Source: a virus. Taken from it: a stretch of 64,000 nt of DNA. Position numbers and translations under genes: made by a program. The notes beneath the pieces are model-generated. The model searched no databases. It was not told the origin of the DNA and saw only the letters and a list, made by a program, of their open reading frames with translations. The DNA lies in IMG/VR virus record IMGVR_UViG_3300046167_000921, positions 113,494-177,493 of that record; one strand, 5' to 3'. Below are positions 47,128 through 55,157 of the stretch, one piece after another; the stretch's first letter is position 1, and every line of letters begins with the position of its first letter.

Positions 47128-47355
47128 ATGAAACGGTTTAATTACACTATCCACAACGTGGTCGCTCATCCTTTAATGGAGATCCTCCACTTGGTAGGCT
47201 TTACAGAACTTGGTAATCGCATCCATGATGCAACCCTGCCGAAATCACAGAAGCACCAAGAGAATCAAGACCAAGAGAATCAAGACCAAGAGAATCAAGA
47301 CCAAGAGGATCAAGACCAAGATGTGGCACCTAGAGAAAATCAAGAAGATGAATGA
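47128..47355 (+). CDS. Small phage protein with (QENQD)n tail
   Basis: AAGGAG SD before ATG 47128 (MKRFNYTIHNVVAHPLMEILHLVG). Track start 46978 is over-extended. Confidence 0.7.
   Translation: MKRFNYTIHNVVAHPLMEILHLVGFTELGNRIHDATLPKSQKHQENQDQENQDQENQDQEDQDQDVAPRENQEDE
47256..47321. repeat. 15-nt tandem repeat, about 4.4 copies
   Basis: ccaagagaatcaaga x3, ccaagaggatcaaga, ccaaga. Confidence 0.95.
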
Positions 47356-47485
47356 GGAGCAAGAAGCTCCATCTCAACAAGAGTCTTCCGACAAAGTCCT
47401 GCAAGAAATTCTAGAGGCAAAAAGAAAACTTGCATACCTTACAGAGAAGCTGGAGAAGATAGTCCAGCAAGAAAAAAAGAAATGA
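47348..47485 (+). CDS. Small coiled-coil peptide
   Basis: MNEEQEAPSQQ...; overlaps the upstream stop. Confidence 0.5.
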   Translation: MNEEQEAPSQQESSDKVLQEILEAKRKLAYLTEKLEKIVQQEKKK

Positions 47486-47526
47486 TACTAGTTAAATCCG
47501 CACGCGTTTAAAAAAGGAAGATTTAT

Positions 47527-48114
47527 ATGTACCGTCATTCAGGTTCAGGGTCTAGGTCGATTAATAGGCTATTTTCTGGTGTGGGAACTCGCGGTGCGAG
47601 CCACCTCTTACACTCTCTTGCAGGCTTCATTTATGATAGCCCGCTAGAAGTCGCAAAAAGCAGTAAGAGAAGAGGGGATGTGGAGGTGTCTGACACGCCT
47701 CTTGTTCACCACTTAGATCCTCGAAGAGAAGACGACATGATAAAAGGTTATGTGGGTGGTAGTGTGGAAGGCCTCGTTAAAGTGAGTTTTCACTCTCTTG
47801 AGGAGGATCTAGGCTTCCCTATTAAATTCACACACAACCCTGCGAGTGAGAGGCAGTTCCTCAGAGCTCTAACTTTAAACATAGAACACAACATATTAGA
47901 GGCTCAACCGAAAACTTATTTGGAATCTGATTTCAACCTTATCTCAGACCTTATCTCCGTACCGCATCCTTATGAGATTAAAGGTCGAGAGATTGATGAA
48001 GACAGTGTGTCTTTCAGGGTTGAAGGTCTATCTGTTAGGGGAGCAAGTTTTGTCTTCAAGGTTATCTTGGAAGCGGAATTCTTCATCTATGCAGAAAAGT
48101 CGAGAGCGAGATGA
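47527..48114 (+). CDS. Hypothetical protein
   Basis: 195-aa ORF, AAGGA SD. Confidence 0.65.
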   Translation: MYRHSGSGSRSINRLFSGVGTRGASHLLHSLAGFIYDSPLEVAKSSKRRGDVEVSDTPLVHHLDPRREDDMIKGYVGGSVEGLVKVSFHSLEEDLGFPIKFTHNPASERQFLRALTLNIEHNILEAQPKTYLESDFNLISDLISVPHPYEIKGREIDEDSVSFRVEGLSVRGASFVFKVILEAEFFIYAEKSRAR

Positions 48115-48192
48115 TTACTTAGGGGGCATTTAGTACCCCCCCCTCCTTGATTGATAACTAAAGGAAATAATTAAACAATCAATCAAGGAGCA

Positions 48193-48702
48193 TTGTTCAT
48201 GGACAAAGTACTGAATATTCTAAAGGGTGTCTTCACAGCCCCTATCTTTTGGGTCCTACTCGCAGTAGCACCCTCCTACTACGGTATGGGTTTACAGGCC
48301 GTAGTAGGCGTGACCTCCCTCTGCTGGATACTAGGGCGTTCTTTCGCCTCTTGGGAGTTTTGTAGCGAAGAGATTAGAGCTCTTCGGAAACTTAAGAGAC
48401 CAATCCGAAAGGCGTTAACTCGCCAGACATTGAGCCTCCTAACTTGGGTCTCCGCATTCTCGGCTATTTGTTATAGTGTGTTCTTTATTGCAGGGAGCAA
48501 TACCGTGGTGGTAGATGGGGAGTTATTTTTGTTGCTCGGTTGGCTTCTAGTTATATTAATTAGTAAGAACTTCTTTGACGTAACTCAGGCTCGCTTCTCT
48601 CCAACGAAGAGGTTTTCCTCTTTCTTCTTCCTAATCTTGTTCTTGTTTATTTTTGTTTTAAACTACAAGTTAAACTACTCCTCTTTCCATCTCCACTACT
48701 AA
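48193..48702 (+). CDS. Multi-pass membrane protein
   Basis: Four to five hydrophobic segments. Confidence 0.65.
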   Translation: MFMDKVLNILKGVFTAPIFWVLLAVAPSYYGMGLQAVVGVTSLCWILGRSFASWEFCSEEIRALRKLKRPIRKALTRQTLSLLTWVSAFSAICYSVFFIAGSNTVVVDGELFLLLGWLLVILISKNFFDVTQARFSPTKRFSSFFFLILFLFIFVLNYKLNYSSFHLHY

Positions 48703-48705
48703 TAG

Positions 48706-48751
48706 AAAGCGTCCTCTTAACTCCAGCTTCGGAAGTTAAGAGGACGCTTTT
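48706..48751 (+). terminator. Long perfect hairpin / terminator
   Basis: AAAGCGTCCTCTTAACT / AGTTAAGAGGACGCTTT, 17 bp perfect, followed by T residues. Confidence 0.8.
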
Positions 48752-49322
48752 GTGTTTAGGGGGGTCTAATATGCATAACGAAGATGATTATGTCTGTTTC
48801 ACCTGTGGTGGCCTATTCCCTTTTGCTTTTGAGCATCAAGTATTCAGCCCAAACCCATACCTCAGTGGTATCGTGATTTGTAAATCTTGCATGAGAGGAA
48901 TCGCTATGAATAAGAAGCAACGTAGAGCAAACAAAAAGAAGGCGGTGATCCGCCAGCGAAGAAAAGACCGTAATCGCAGGAAGCAGTATGACCACCTCAA
49001 GAATAAAGAGAAAGGACTCGACTTCATGGCTGAGTTCATGAAGTTGTTCCAAGGCATGGATTTGTCTTCTCTTGAGGGCGATGGCGAGGGCGAGGGCGAG
49101 ATGTCGGAAGAAGACATGCAGAAGGTGATGGCTCAGTTCACGGACTTATTGGGCGGTGGTCTCGGAGACTTGCCTTTGGACTTAGGTGGGGTTGATTTTG
49201 ACTTTTCAGAAGAGGACGAGTCACCTGACTCTGTGCCTGACTCTGTACCTGACTCTGTACCTGACGAGTCACCTGACTCTGCACTTGCTTCTGACTCTGC
49301 TCCTGACGAGTTGGGGGCTTAG
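48750..49322 (+). CDS. Protein with basic segment and very acidic repetitive tail
   Basis: Possible CxxC...CxxC N-terminus. Strong internal SD before MNKKQRR (48907). 12-nt PDSV repeats at about 49224-49310. Confidence 0.6.
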   Translation: MCLGGSNMHNEDDYVCFTCGGLFPFAFEHQVFSPNPYLSGIVICKSCMRGIAMNKKQRRANKKKAVIRQRRKDRNRRKQYDHLKNKEKGLDFMAEFMKLFQGMDLSSLEGDGEGEGEMSEEDMQKVMAQFTDLLGGGLGDLPLDLGGVDFDFSEEDESPDSVPDSVPDSVPDESPDSALASDSAPDELGA

Positions 49323-49388
49323 GATAAAAAACGGTGCCCCTGATGCCTTTCGATAAAGAACTTAAATAACTATCGAAAGGGAAAAGAA

Positions 49389-50000
49389 ATGATGACCGTT
49401 GAACTTGTTTTCTACATTATTCTGAGTATGTTGTCGTCAGACAACATCAAAAACGAGCACCTCGCAGATCCGAAGGTGCAAAGCCACCTGCGGGAAGTGG
49501 CAGAGGCAATCGTGGCTGAGCAGGGCCCCATAGACCCTCATCGGCTTATTGCTTTAGCTTACAAAGAGACCCGCTTTGGGTATAACCCCAAGTCGCTTAA
49601 TAACGGCACAGCTTGTGGCGTGTACCAGCAAGTACCAGCGACCGCCATTAAAAAGGTGACTTGCGGTCAGCTTGTCAAGGATGTGAGACTCGCCACAAAG
49701 ATGGCAGTTCTCTACATTCAATACATAGACCGCCGTTGGGGTCAAGACGAGGAAGAGGACGTAGACCAGAGAATGTGTCACTACTACAGTGGCAACATCT
49801 GCGGAGATGTTGCATCTGCTATCTATGTCAAGAAGTACCGCGAGGCTCGGAGAAAATCTCGTGGGGAGTACTTCTCTTTCTACTGCGAGAGCGATGACGA
49901 GATTTCAGACCGATACATTCGAGAGTTTTCAGATGAAATACTCTTAAATGCACTCTGGGCGACCGAGCGAGCTAAGAACCGAGCTAAGAACCGAGACTAA
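49389..50000 (+). CDS. Lytic-transglycosylase (SLT)-like protein with N-terminal hydrophobic segment
   Basis: IALAYKETRFG (catalytic Glu), ACGVYQ, MAVLYI, HYYSG. Confidence 0.65.
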   Translation: MMTVELVFYIILSMLSSDNIKNEHLADPKVQSHLREVAEAIVAEQGPIDPHRLIALAYKETRFGYNPKSLNNGTACGVYQQVPATAIKKVTCGQLVKDVRLATKMAVLYIQYIDRRWGQDEEEDVDQRMCHYYSGNICGDVASAIYVKKYREARRKSRGEYFSFYCESDDEISDRYIREFSDEILLNALWATERAKNRAKNRD

Positions 50001-50562
50001 AAGACTTCCTAGATACAGGCTTATAGTCGAAACTAGGATTGATAGGGCGACCCGATTTTATTGGGTCGCCCTTTTCGTTTACCTTCATGTTGAAAGTGGC
50101 CTTTTTAGCGGTTCCTGTCTCAAAGGTGGAGATCTCTTCGATGTTATCCGCCCAAGCGAGGAGGTACTTACTGCCTTCAAAGAGTTCTCCTTTGAAGTCA
50201 GTTCTGAGTCCATATGCATATACAGGTATTTCGAGTTCGTCGCATATTTTCGTAAATTCGAGAACCTGCTTCTTGGTCAAGAACTGAGCCTCGTCCACGA
50301 AAATGATTTGGCAAGGGTCTTTAGCCCCTGAGTGTAACATTGTATCTATGAGGATCTCGGTAGGATTAGTGTTTTCTTCTAGAGACCTCGCTTTAAGCTC
50401 AAACCCAGCTCTTGACCTGACTTGAGACTTCCCATCTCTTTCTTGGGCTATGCTTGGCACGAAGATCAAGTGTTGGATGCCTCTTTCTTGGCAGGAATGT
50501 GCTCTCATAATGAGGTTTGCACTTTTCCCTGCGTTCACCGTACTATATAAAAAAGTTAACAT
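49984..50562 (-). CDS. tdk: Thymidine kinase
   Basis: STVNAGKSANL, VRSRAG, IFVDEAQFLT, IPVYAYGLRTDFKGELFEGSKYLLAWADNIEEI. Start MLTFLY at 50562 overlaps the upstream stop. Confidence 0.92.
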   Translation of the reverse strand: MLTFLYSTVNAGKSANLIMRAHSCQERGIQHLIFVPSIAQERDGKSQVRSRAGFELKARSLEENTNPTEILIDTMLHSGAKDPCQIIFVDEAQFLTKKQVLEFTKICDELEIPVYAYGLRTDFKGELFEGSKYLLAWADNIEEISTFETGTAKKATFNMKVNEKGDPIKSGRPINPSFDYKPVSRKSFSLGS

Positions 50563-51170
50563 GTTAGTAAATCTCCTCTGTTCATCTTTGTAGCAACGAT
50601 TTGCTGGATTTCTTTTTTTAACTTGGACACTTTGCGTGCCTCCCAACCTAGTGTTCTTGCAATATGTGCCATCTTGAATCCGTCCATGATGGCGTCGAAG
50701 ACCGTGAGCTGGTCTTTTTTAAAGGACTTTCGAATCTCAACGAACATTAGGTTGTCGGTGTAATCTTTCTCAAACGAGGTATTACAAGAGGAAGCCACGT
50801 CACTTTCAGACCCGTACTCAAATCTGCTTTTCTCTTTTCTGTGCTTGCTCACGATGTTCATGATGATACAATCCATGACGAGCACGATGTAAGTGGAGAG
50901 TGCCGATTTGCGGGGGTCGTAGGGGCATTTACCTCTATTCCTAATTAACACCCCTTTGTACACTTCTTGGAGTACTTCCTCTGGGTCGAGTCCTTCTTTA
51001 ACCATCCTGTGTGCTTGCCTCTTATAGAAGATGAGCTTGATGTCCTCTTTATATTTGGAGAGGTCAATACCTAGTTCGTATTCAGTCACTTGCTTGAAAG
51101 AGAAGCAAAAAATAGGAAGCATACCCTTGTGCCAAGTTTTTTCAGAGGTAAGATGGGTATAGTTAACCAT
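50556..51170 (-). CDS. Sigma-70 family (ECF-like) sigma factor
   Basis: Region-2-like DPEEVLQEVY...YDPRKSALSTYI and a C-terminal HTH GFKMAHIARTLG. Start uncertain (51170 or 51122). Confidence 0.7.
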   Translation of the reverse strand: MVNYTHLTSEKTWHKGMLPIFCFSFKQVTEYELGIDLSKYKEDIKLIFYKRQAHRMVKEGLDPEEVLQEVYKGVLIRNRGKCPYDPRKSALSTYIVLVMDCIIMNIVSKHRKEKSRFEYGSESDVASSCNTSFEKDYTDNLMFVEIRKSFKKDQLTVFDAIMDGFKMAHIARTLGWEARKVSKLKKEIQQIVATKMNRGDLLTC

Positions 51171-51187
51171 GAGTAGAATCTTTCGTC

Positions 51188-52183
51188 TTGAGAGACATGA
51201 AAAACAGGAGAAAGTCATTGGATCTAACACAAAAAATAAGCATTCTTCGTTGGGTCAAGAGGAAATATAAAGTAAACGTTGCTTTTGTCAAGAGTAACCT
51301 AGAAGAAGAGGATTTTGAACGCCTTTTACAGAGCTTTGCTTATCTTCGGGAAATTGGAGGTGTCTATGATGCCAACAAGTTAGTCGATGAGTTTCTCAAA
51401 GAGAGAGGTCGAGACCGCAAGCCGAGAGCGGGGTCTGGTGAGAGGGTTGCGGTACAAACTTACTTTAATACACACCAACCTCAAGATGGCGGGGTTCGAG
51501 TCTACTTAAAGCACTTACTACTTGGTGAGGGGCGAAGTGCTTCACGGGAGAACTTGAGGTTTGCGACCCGATCCTTGAAGTCTCAAGGATACGACTTGAA
51601 GTATGATATTCCCATTGACACTAAAAACTCTCGCAAAGAAGCAGTGCTTATACTCAAAGAGGACAGCGAAGTGGTTCTACCGCAAGGCCTCAAATACTAT
51701 TCTGGAAAAGAAGAGATAGTCGATGTGGCTTCGTGGATAGAGGGGTCTCTCCCTCGTTTCTACCATGAGGGTGTGGCTTTAGATTTAGATCTCAGTGAGC
51801 GGTGGTTATGTCATTACCGCAAACGCTTCATCGACTTATTTGAAATGAGTGAGTTCTCTTACCTCTACAAAGGAGATCGGAGGGGCTTCTATGTAAAATC
51901 TGCCCCTGTAGAGATGCTTTGCCACTTGTCTTTTCGAGACCTCTTTGCGTCCCACACTCTAGATGAATGGATACGGTTTGGCATATCTCATGAAACCACT
52001 TCATACACAAGAGAGCAAGAAGAGTGTTTCTTTTCGATACTCAAAGAGTACGTTTTATATAATACCCACAAGGTTAATTTGAACAGTAAGCCCATTAATA
52101 TCAATGCAGAAAAAGTGTACGGCTGGGTTGCCGTACTAGTCCTCCACTATGTTAGGGAGGCGATTTTGAAAGGAAAAGAATGA
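51188..52183 (+). CDS. Hypothetical protein
   Basis: 331-aa ORF. No motif recognised. Confidence 0.7.
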   Translation: MRDMKNRRKSLDLTQKISILRWVKRKYKVNVAFVKSNLEEEDFERLLQSFAYLREIGGVYDANKLVDEFLKERGRDRKPRAGSGERVAVQTYFNTHQPQDGGVRVYLKHLLLGEGRSASRENLRFATRSLKSQGYDLKYDIPIDTKNSRKEAVLILKEDSEVVLPQGLKYYSGKEEIVDVASWIEGSLPRFYHEGVALDLDLSERWLCHYRKRFIDLFEMSEFSYLYKGDRRGFYVKSAPVEMLCHLSFRDLFASHTLDEWIRFGISHETTSYTREQEECFFSILKEYVLYNTHKVNLNSKPININAEKVYGWVAVLVLHYVREAILKGKE

Positions 52184-52737
52184 CTATTTTAGTTCTAGCT
52201 CTCTCGCTGAGCTTCCAATGTATGCTTAATAGCTTAGAGGTCGCGTCGCGAGTTGAGATCAAGAGAGATTGGTCTCATGTTACAACTTCCTCTGCAAGCA
52301 AGAAACACTTGAGGAAGCTCTTAACTCATGCTTGGGGGGAGGAAGGCCCTGACAGTAGGGTCTTTGCCCTGTCTTGGTTAGAGTCTCGCCTGAGACCTGT
52401 TAGGACGGGGGATAGGGGGAAAGCCTGTGGTGTATTCCAGATACATGCTAGGTACAGTTACCCTTTGTTTAGGCGAAAGAGAGGGTTTAATGGCTGGGAA
52501 GAGAAGGCGGAAGAATCTAAACCTCTAATCCAGAGAGAGTGCCGCAAGCTTTTTAACCTTAAATATAGTGTGGACACAATGAGGAGGCTCTTGTCTATGA
52601 TGGACAAGAGAGACCTTCATGCGTGCCACCATAACTCAGGCTTTTATGGTAAATGCAATACATGGTATAAAGAGAGAGCGTCTTTCTGGATCTCTTTCTT
52701 CTCTATCTCAAAATGGATGTGTGAAAAAGGAGAGTAG
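52180..52737 (+). CDS. SLT-like transglycosylase with signal-like N-terminus
   Basis: ALSWLESRLRP...GDRGKACGVFQIH...HHNSG. Confidence 0.7.
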   Translation: MTILVLALSLSFQCMLNSLEVASRVEIKRDWSHVTTSSASKKHLRKLLTHAWGEEGPDSRVFALSWLESRLRPVRTGDRGKACGVFQIHARYSYPLFRRKRGFNGWEEKAEESKPLIQRECRKLFNLKYSVDTMRRLLSMMDKRDLHACHHNSGFYGKCNTWYKERASFWISFFSISKWMCEKGE

Positions 52738-52739
52738 AC

Positions 52740-52925
52740 ATGGGAATGATCAAGACAGGTAATCCAACCCCCACCGCACCTACAGAGCTGATCCAAGGCT
52801 ACATTGATGGTATCGCAGGTAAGGATGCGACGAGCGATAACGCAGTTTATAAGAGTGGCTATGATCTCGCCATTCTAGTCAAAGAAGGCAAAGCAGACCC
52901 TCCTATGTGGGGTTTGAATGTCTGA
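52740..52925 (+). CDS. Small hypothetical protein
   Basis: 61 aa, AAGGAG SD. Confidence 0.6.
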   Translation: MGMIKTGNPTPTAPTELIQGYIDGIAGKDATSDNAVYKSGYDLAILVKEGKADPPMWGLNV

Positions 52926-53580
52926 TTGGGTTCAAGCGGGGTTAAGACCTCCTCTAGAGAAGTACTCTGGATATTTAGCCTCAAGGGGTGTAGACTCTAA
53001 CTCTAAGGTTAGATTTCATTCGTGGAGTCCTGTCTCCTCTGGCTGTTCGAGGTTCAACAGTATGTATGGGGACACAGGCTACAAGATCAAAGATCACTTG
53101 GTCATACCGATCACTTCACCTAGAGGGGCTATAATCGGTCTTGAGCTGAGACAAGTCCTACCTAATGGAGAGAAGAGAGTGTCTCAGTATCGGACACTCT
53201 CCGCTCAGTGGAACCCTTACTTCTTAGGGTCTCCTGAGGCCTTCTCTTCTTTACACGAAGGTGGTGATCTCTGGATCACAGAAGGTGTCTTTGATAAGAT
53301 AGCTCTAGATCGAGTCGTACCTACGGGAGATGCCGTTGTTTGCACTTTGAGAGCAGGCATGGATCAGTTGTCCATTGACATGATCCACAGGTACTACAAA
53401 CGGAGTTCTACTCTCTACATCTGTTACGACAATGACGAGACAGGTGTCAAGAAGTCAAAGTGGCTCAAGTATGAGTTTGAGAAGAGAGGGATGAAATCCG
53501 CCATCTGGAAATATCGAGGGAAAGATCCTGGAGAGGTATTCAAAGAAGGCGGAGATCAACTCTTAAGGAGGCTTTTCTGA
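52918..53580 (+). CDS. dnaG: DnaG-type primase catalytic core (TOPRIM), no zinc-binding domain
   Basis: LVIPITSPRG, LWITEGVFDKIAL, YICYDNDETG, GKDPGE. Confidence 0.82.
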   Translation: MSDWVQAGLRPPLEKYSGYLASRGVDSNSKVRFHSWSPVSSGCSRFNSMYGDTGYKIKDHLVIPITSPRGAIIGLELRQVLPNGEKRVSQYRTLSAQWNPYFLGSPEAFSSLHEGGDLWITEGVFDKIALDRVVPTGDAVVCTLRAGMDQLSIDMIHRYYKRSSTLYICYDNDETGVKKSKWLKYEFEKRGMKSAIWKYRGKDPGEVFKEGGDQLLRRLF

Positions 53581-54172
53581 GCCTCTTTACGTCTTGAGGT
53601 CTTGCCTTTGAGGAGAAGAGCCTCTTCATCTTCTCCCAGCCTTTGAGGTCGAAGAGTACAATCACCAAGACCATCGCGACGATAAATATTTTGATCAGCA
53701 TGAAGGCTAAGGCCGCGAGGCCGAATCCTGGTATGCTTTTAGCCACCGCGTACAGCAGTCCGTAAACAATAGCGGCACTGATTATATCCGCCGTATATAC
53801 AATACCTGCTTGCTTGTCTAGGCTCTTCTCGAACCTAGACTCCCAAGTGTCGGAAAGGTACTCTACGCGGTCTTTAAAGGAGTTCTTCTTGTCGAGCTCG
53901 TTCTTAACCTCTTTTTCCATCAAGGTGCGAGGGGTTTTCGCTCTCTCTACCCACTTGCTGATCTCTTTAGGGTTTTTTACACCCTGATCAACAAAAGCCT
54001 CTCTGATATTGGAGAGGCTTTTTTTATTTTTTCTTCGAGTTCCGAGAACCCAACTTTCTAGCTCGTCAAACTTGTTCGCGAGCCAACTCTTGTCTGAAGC
54101 GGTTAAGGTCCTAGAAGCCTGTCTCTCTAGCTGGGCTATCCTTCTCTCTATTCTTAGAATTTGCTTTTCCAT
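53540..54172 (-). CDS. Basic protein with C-terminal transmembrane helices (related to 30506..30991)
   Basis: MEKQILRIERRIAQLERQASRTLTAS; two long hydrophobic segments; ends LRKASLRVDLRLL. Confidence 0.72.
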   Translation of the reverse strand: MEKQILRIERRIAQLERQASRTLTASDKSWLANKFDELESWVLGTRRKNKKSLSNIREAFVDQGVKNPKEISKWVERAKTPRTLMEKEVKNELDKKNSFKDRVEYLSDTWESRFEKSLDKQAGIVYTADIISAAIVYGLLYAVAKSIPGFGLAALAFMLIKIFIVAMVLVIVLFDLKGWEKMKRLFSSKARPQDVKRLRKASLRVDLRLL

Positions 54173-55074
54173 TTTCTGCGTACCTTTCTTACTGTATCTT
54201 TCAGGTTATATCTCAACTTTTGCTTTAGGTCACTTTTTTCTAGGGCTTTTTGGAGCATTCTTTCAATCTTCAGCCCATAGAACACCATATAGTCTTCTCT
54301 GTTCACGTACTTATCTAGGTTCTTGAACACTCTATCAAGGTCTTTTTTACTTGGGGTCTCAGCATTCACGACCCTCTCTATATAATTTAAACCCGTGCAT
54401 ATTTTTCTTATGTGTATAGGTGCTTTTGTGAAGTCGTCTACCTGAGCTCCCTTGAAAAAAGCACCCTGTGCCTTTGAGGAACTGAGATCAACGCCTCTGA
54501 GATCAGCATCTGTAAAATTGGCCTCTTTTAATGAAGCTTCAAAGAAAGAACATTTTCTAAGGTCGCAGCCTTGAAAGTCTGCTATATTCAAGGTCGCTTT
54601 TGAGAAGTTGTTTTTCCCCTGAAAATTGACTCCTTTAAATATCGCACCTTTGAGATTCGCATCCTTGAAGGTGCATTCTCTTATAGTCGAGTTCTCAAAG
54701 CTTGCCCAATTAAGAGAAGACAGAGAGAAATTCACATCATCTAGAGTTTTCGACTCTACAAACGCTTGCTGGAAGGAGACACTTGACAAATCAAGACCTT
54801 TATACACGTCTGTCTCTGAGAAGTCCCCTGTGGTCTTAACATAACTCTCAAGGACTCTCTTGTTCCCTTTTGAGATGTTTTTCTTCTGGAGACTTCGCAC
54901 ATACTCTTTCCTCTCTTCTCGGTACTTAGCTTTAGCGAGGTCTTTCCCTTTGGGGCAGAGGTCTCTATAGAGTTGAACCCTTCTATTGGTAGTGGGGTCA
55001 AAGAAGCCCCCTCCGTTTTCTTGGAGGTCTATCCAATCGCTGAAGTCTATCTTATAGGCGGATCTAAACATCAT
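54154..55074 (-). CDS. Pentapeptide-repeat protein with basic termini
   Basis: DANLKGA, ATLNIADFQGCDL, ASLKEANFTDADLRGVDLS. AGGAG SD. Confidence 0.85.
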   Translation of the reverse strand: MMFRSAYKIDFSDWIDLQENGGGFFDPTTNRRVQLYRDLCPKGKDLAKAKYREERKEYVRSLQKKNISKGNKRVLESYVKTTGDFSETDVYKGLDLSSVSFQQAFVESKTLDDVNFSLSSLNWASFENSTIRECTFKDANLKGAIFKGVNFQGKNNFSKATLNIADFQGCDLRKCSFFEASLKEANFTDADLRGVDLSSSKAQGAFFKGAQVDDFTKAPIHIRKICTGLNYIERVVNAETPSKKDLDRVFKNLDKYVNREDYMVFYGLKIERMLQKALEKSDLKQKLRYNLKDTVRKVRRKWKSKF

Positions 55075-55157
55075 TCTCTCCTAGTTTTTTTATAGTCGCT
55101 CAATAAAAGCATTATAACATAACGACCTCACGGACTATATTATTAGGAGAAGAGCAT

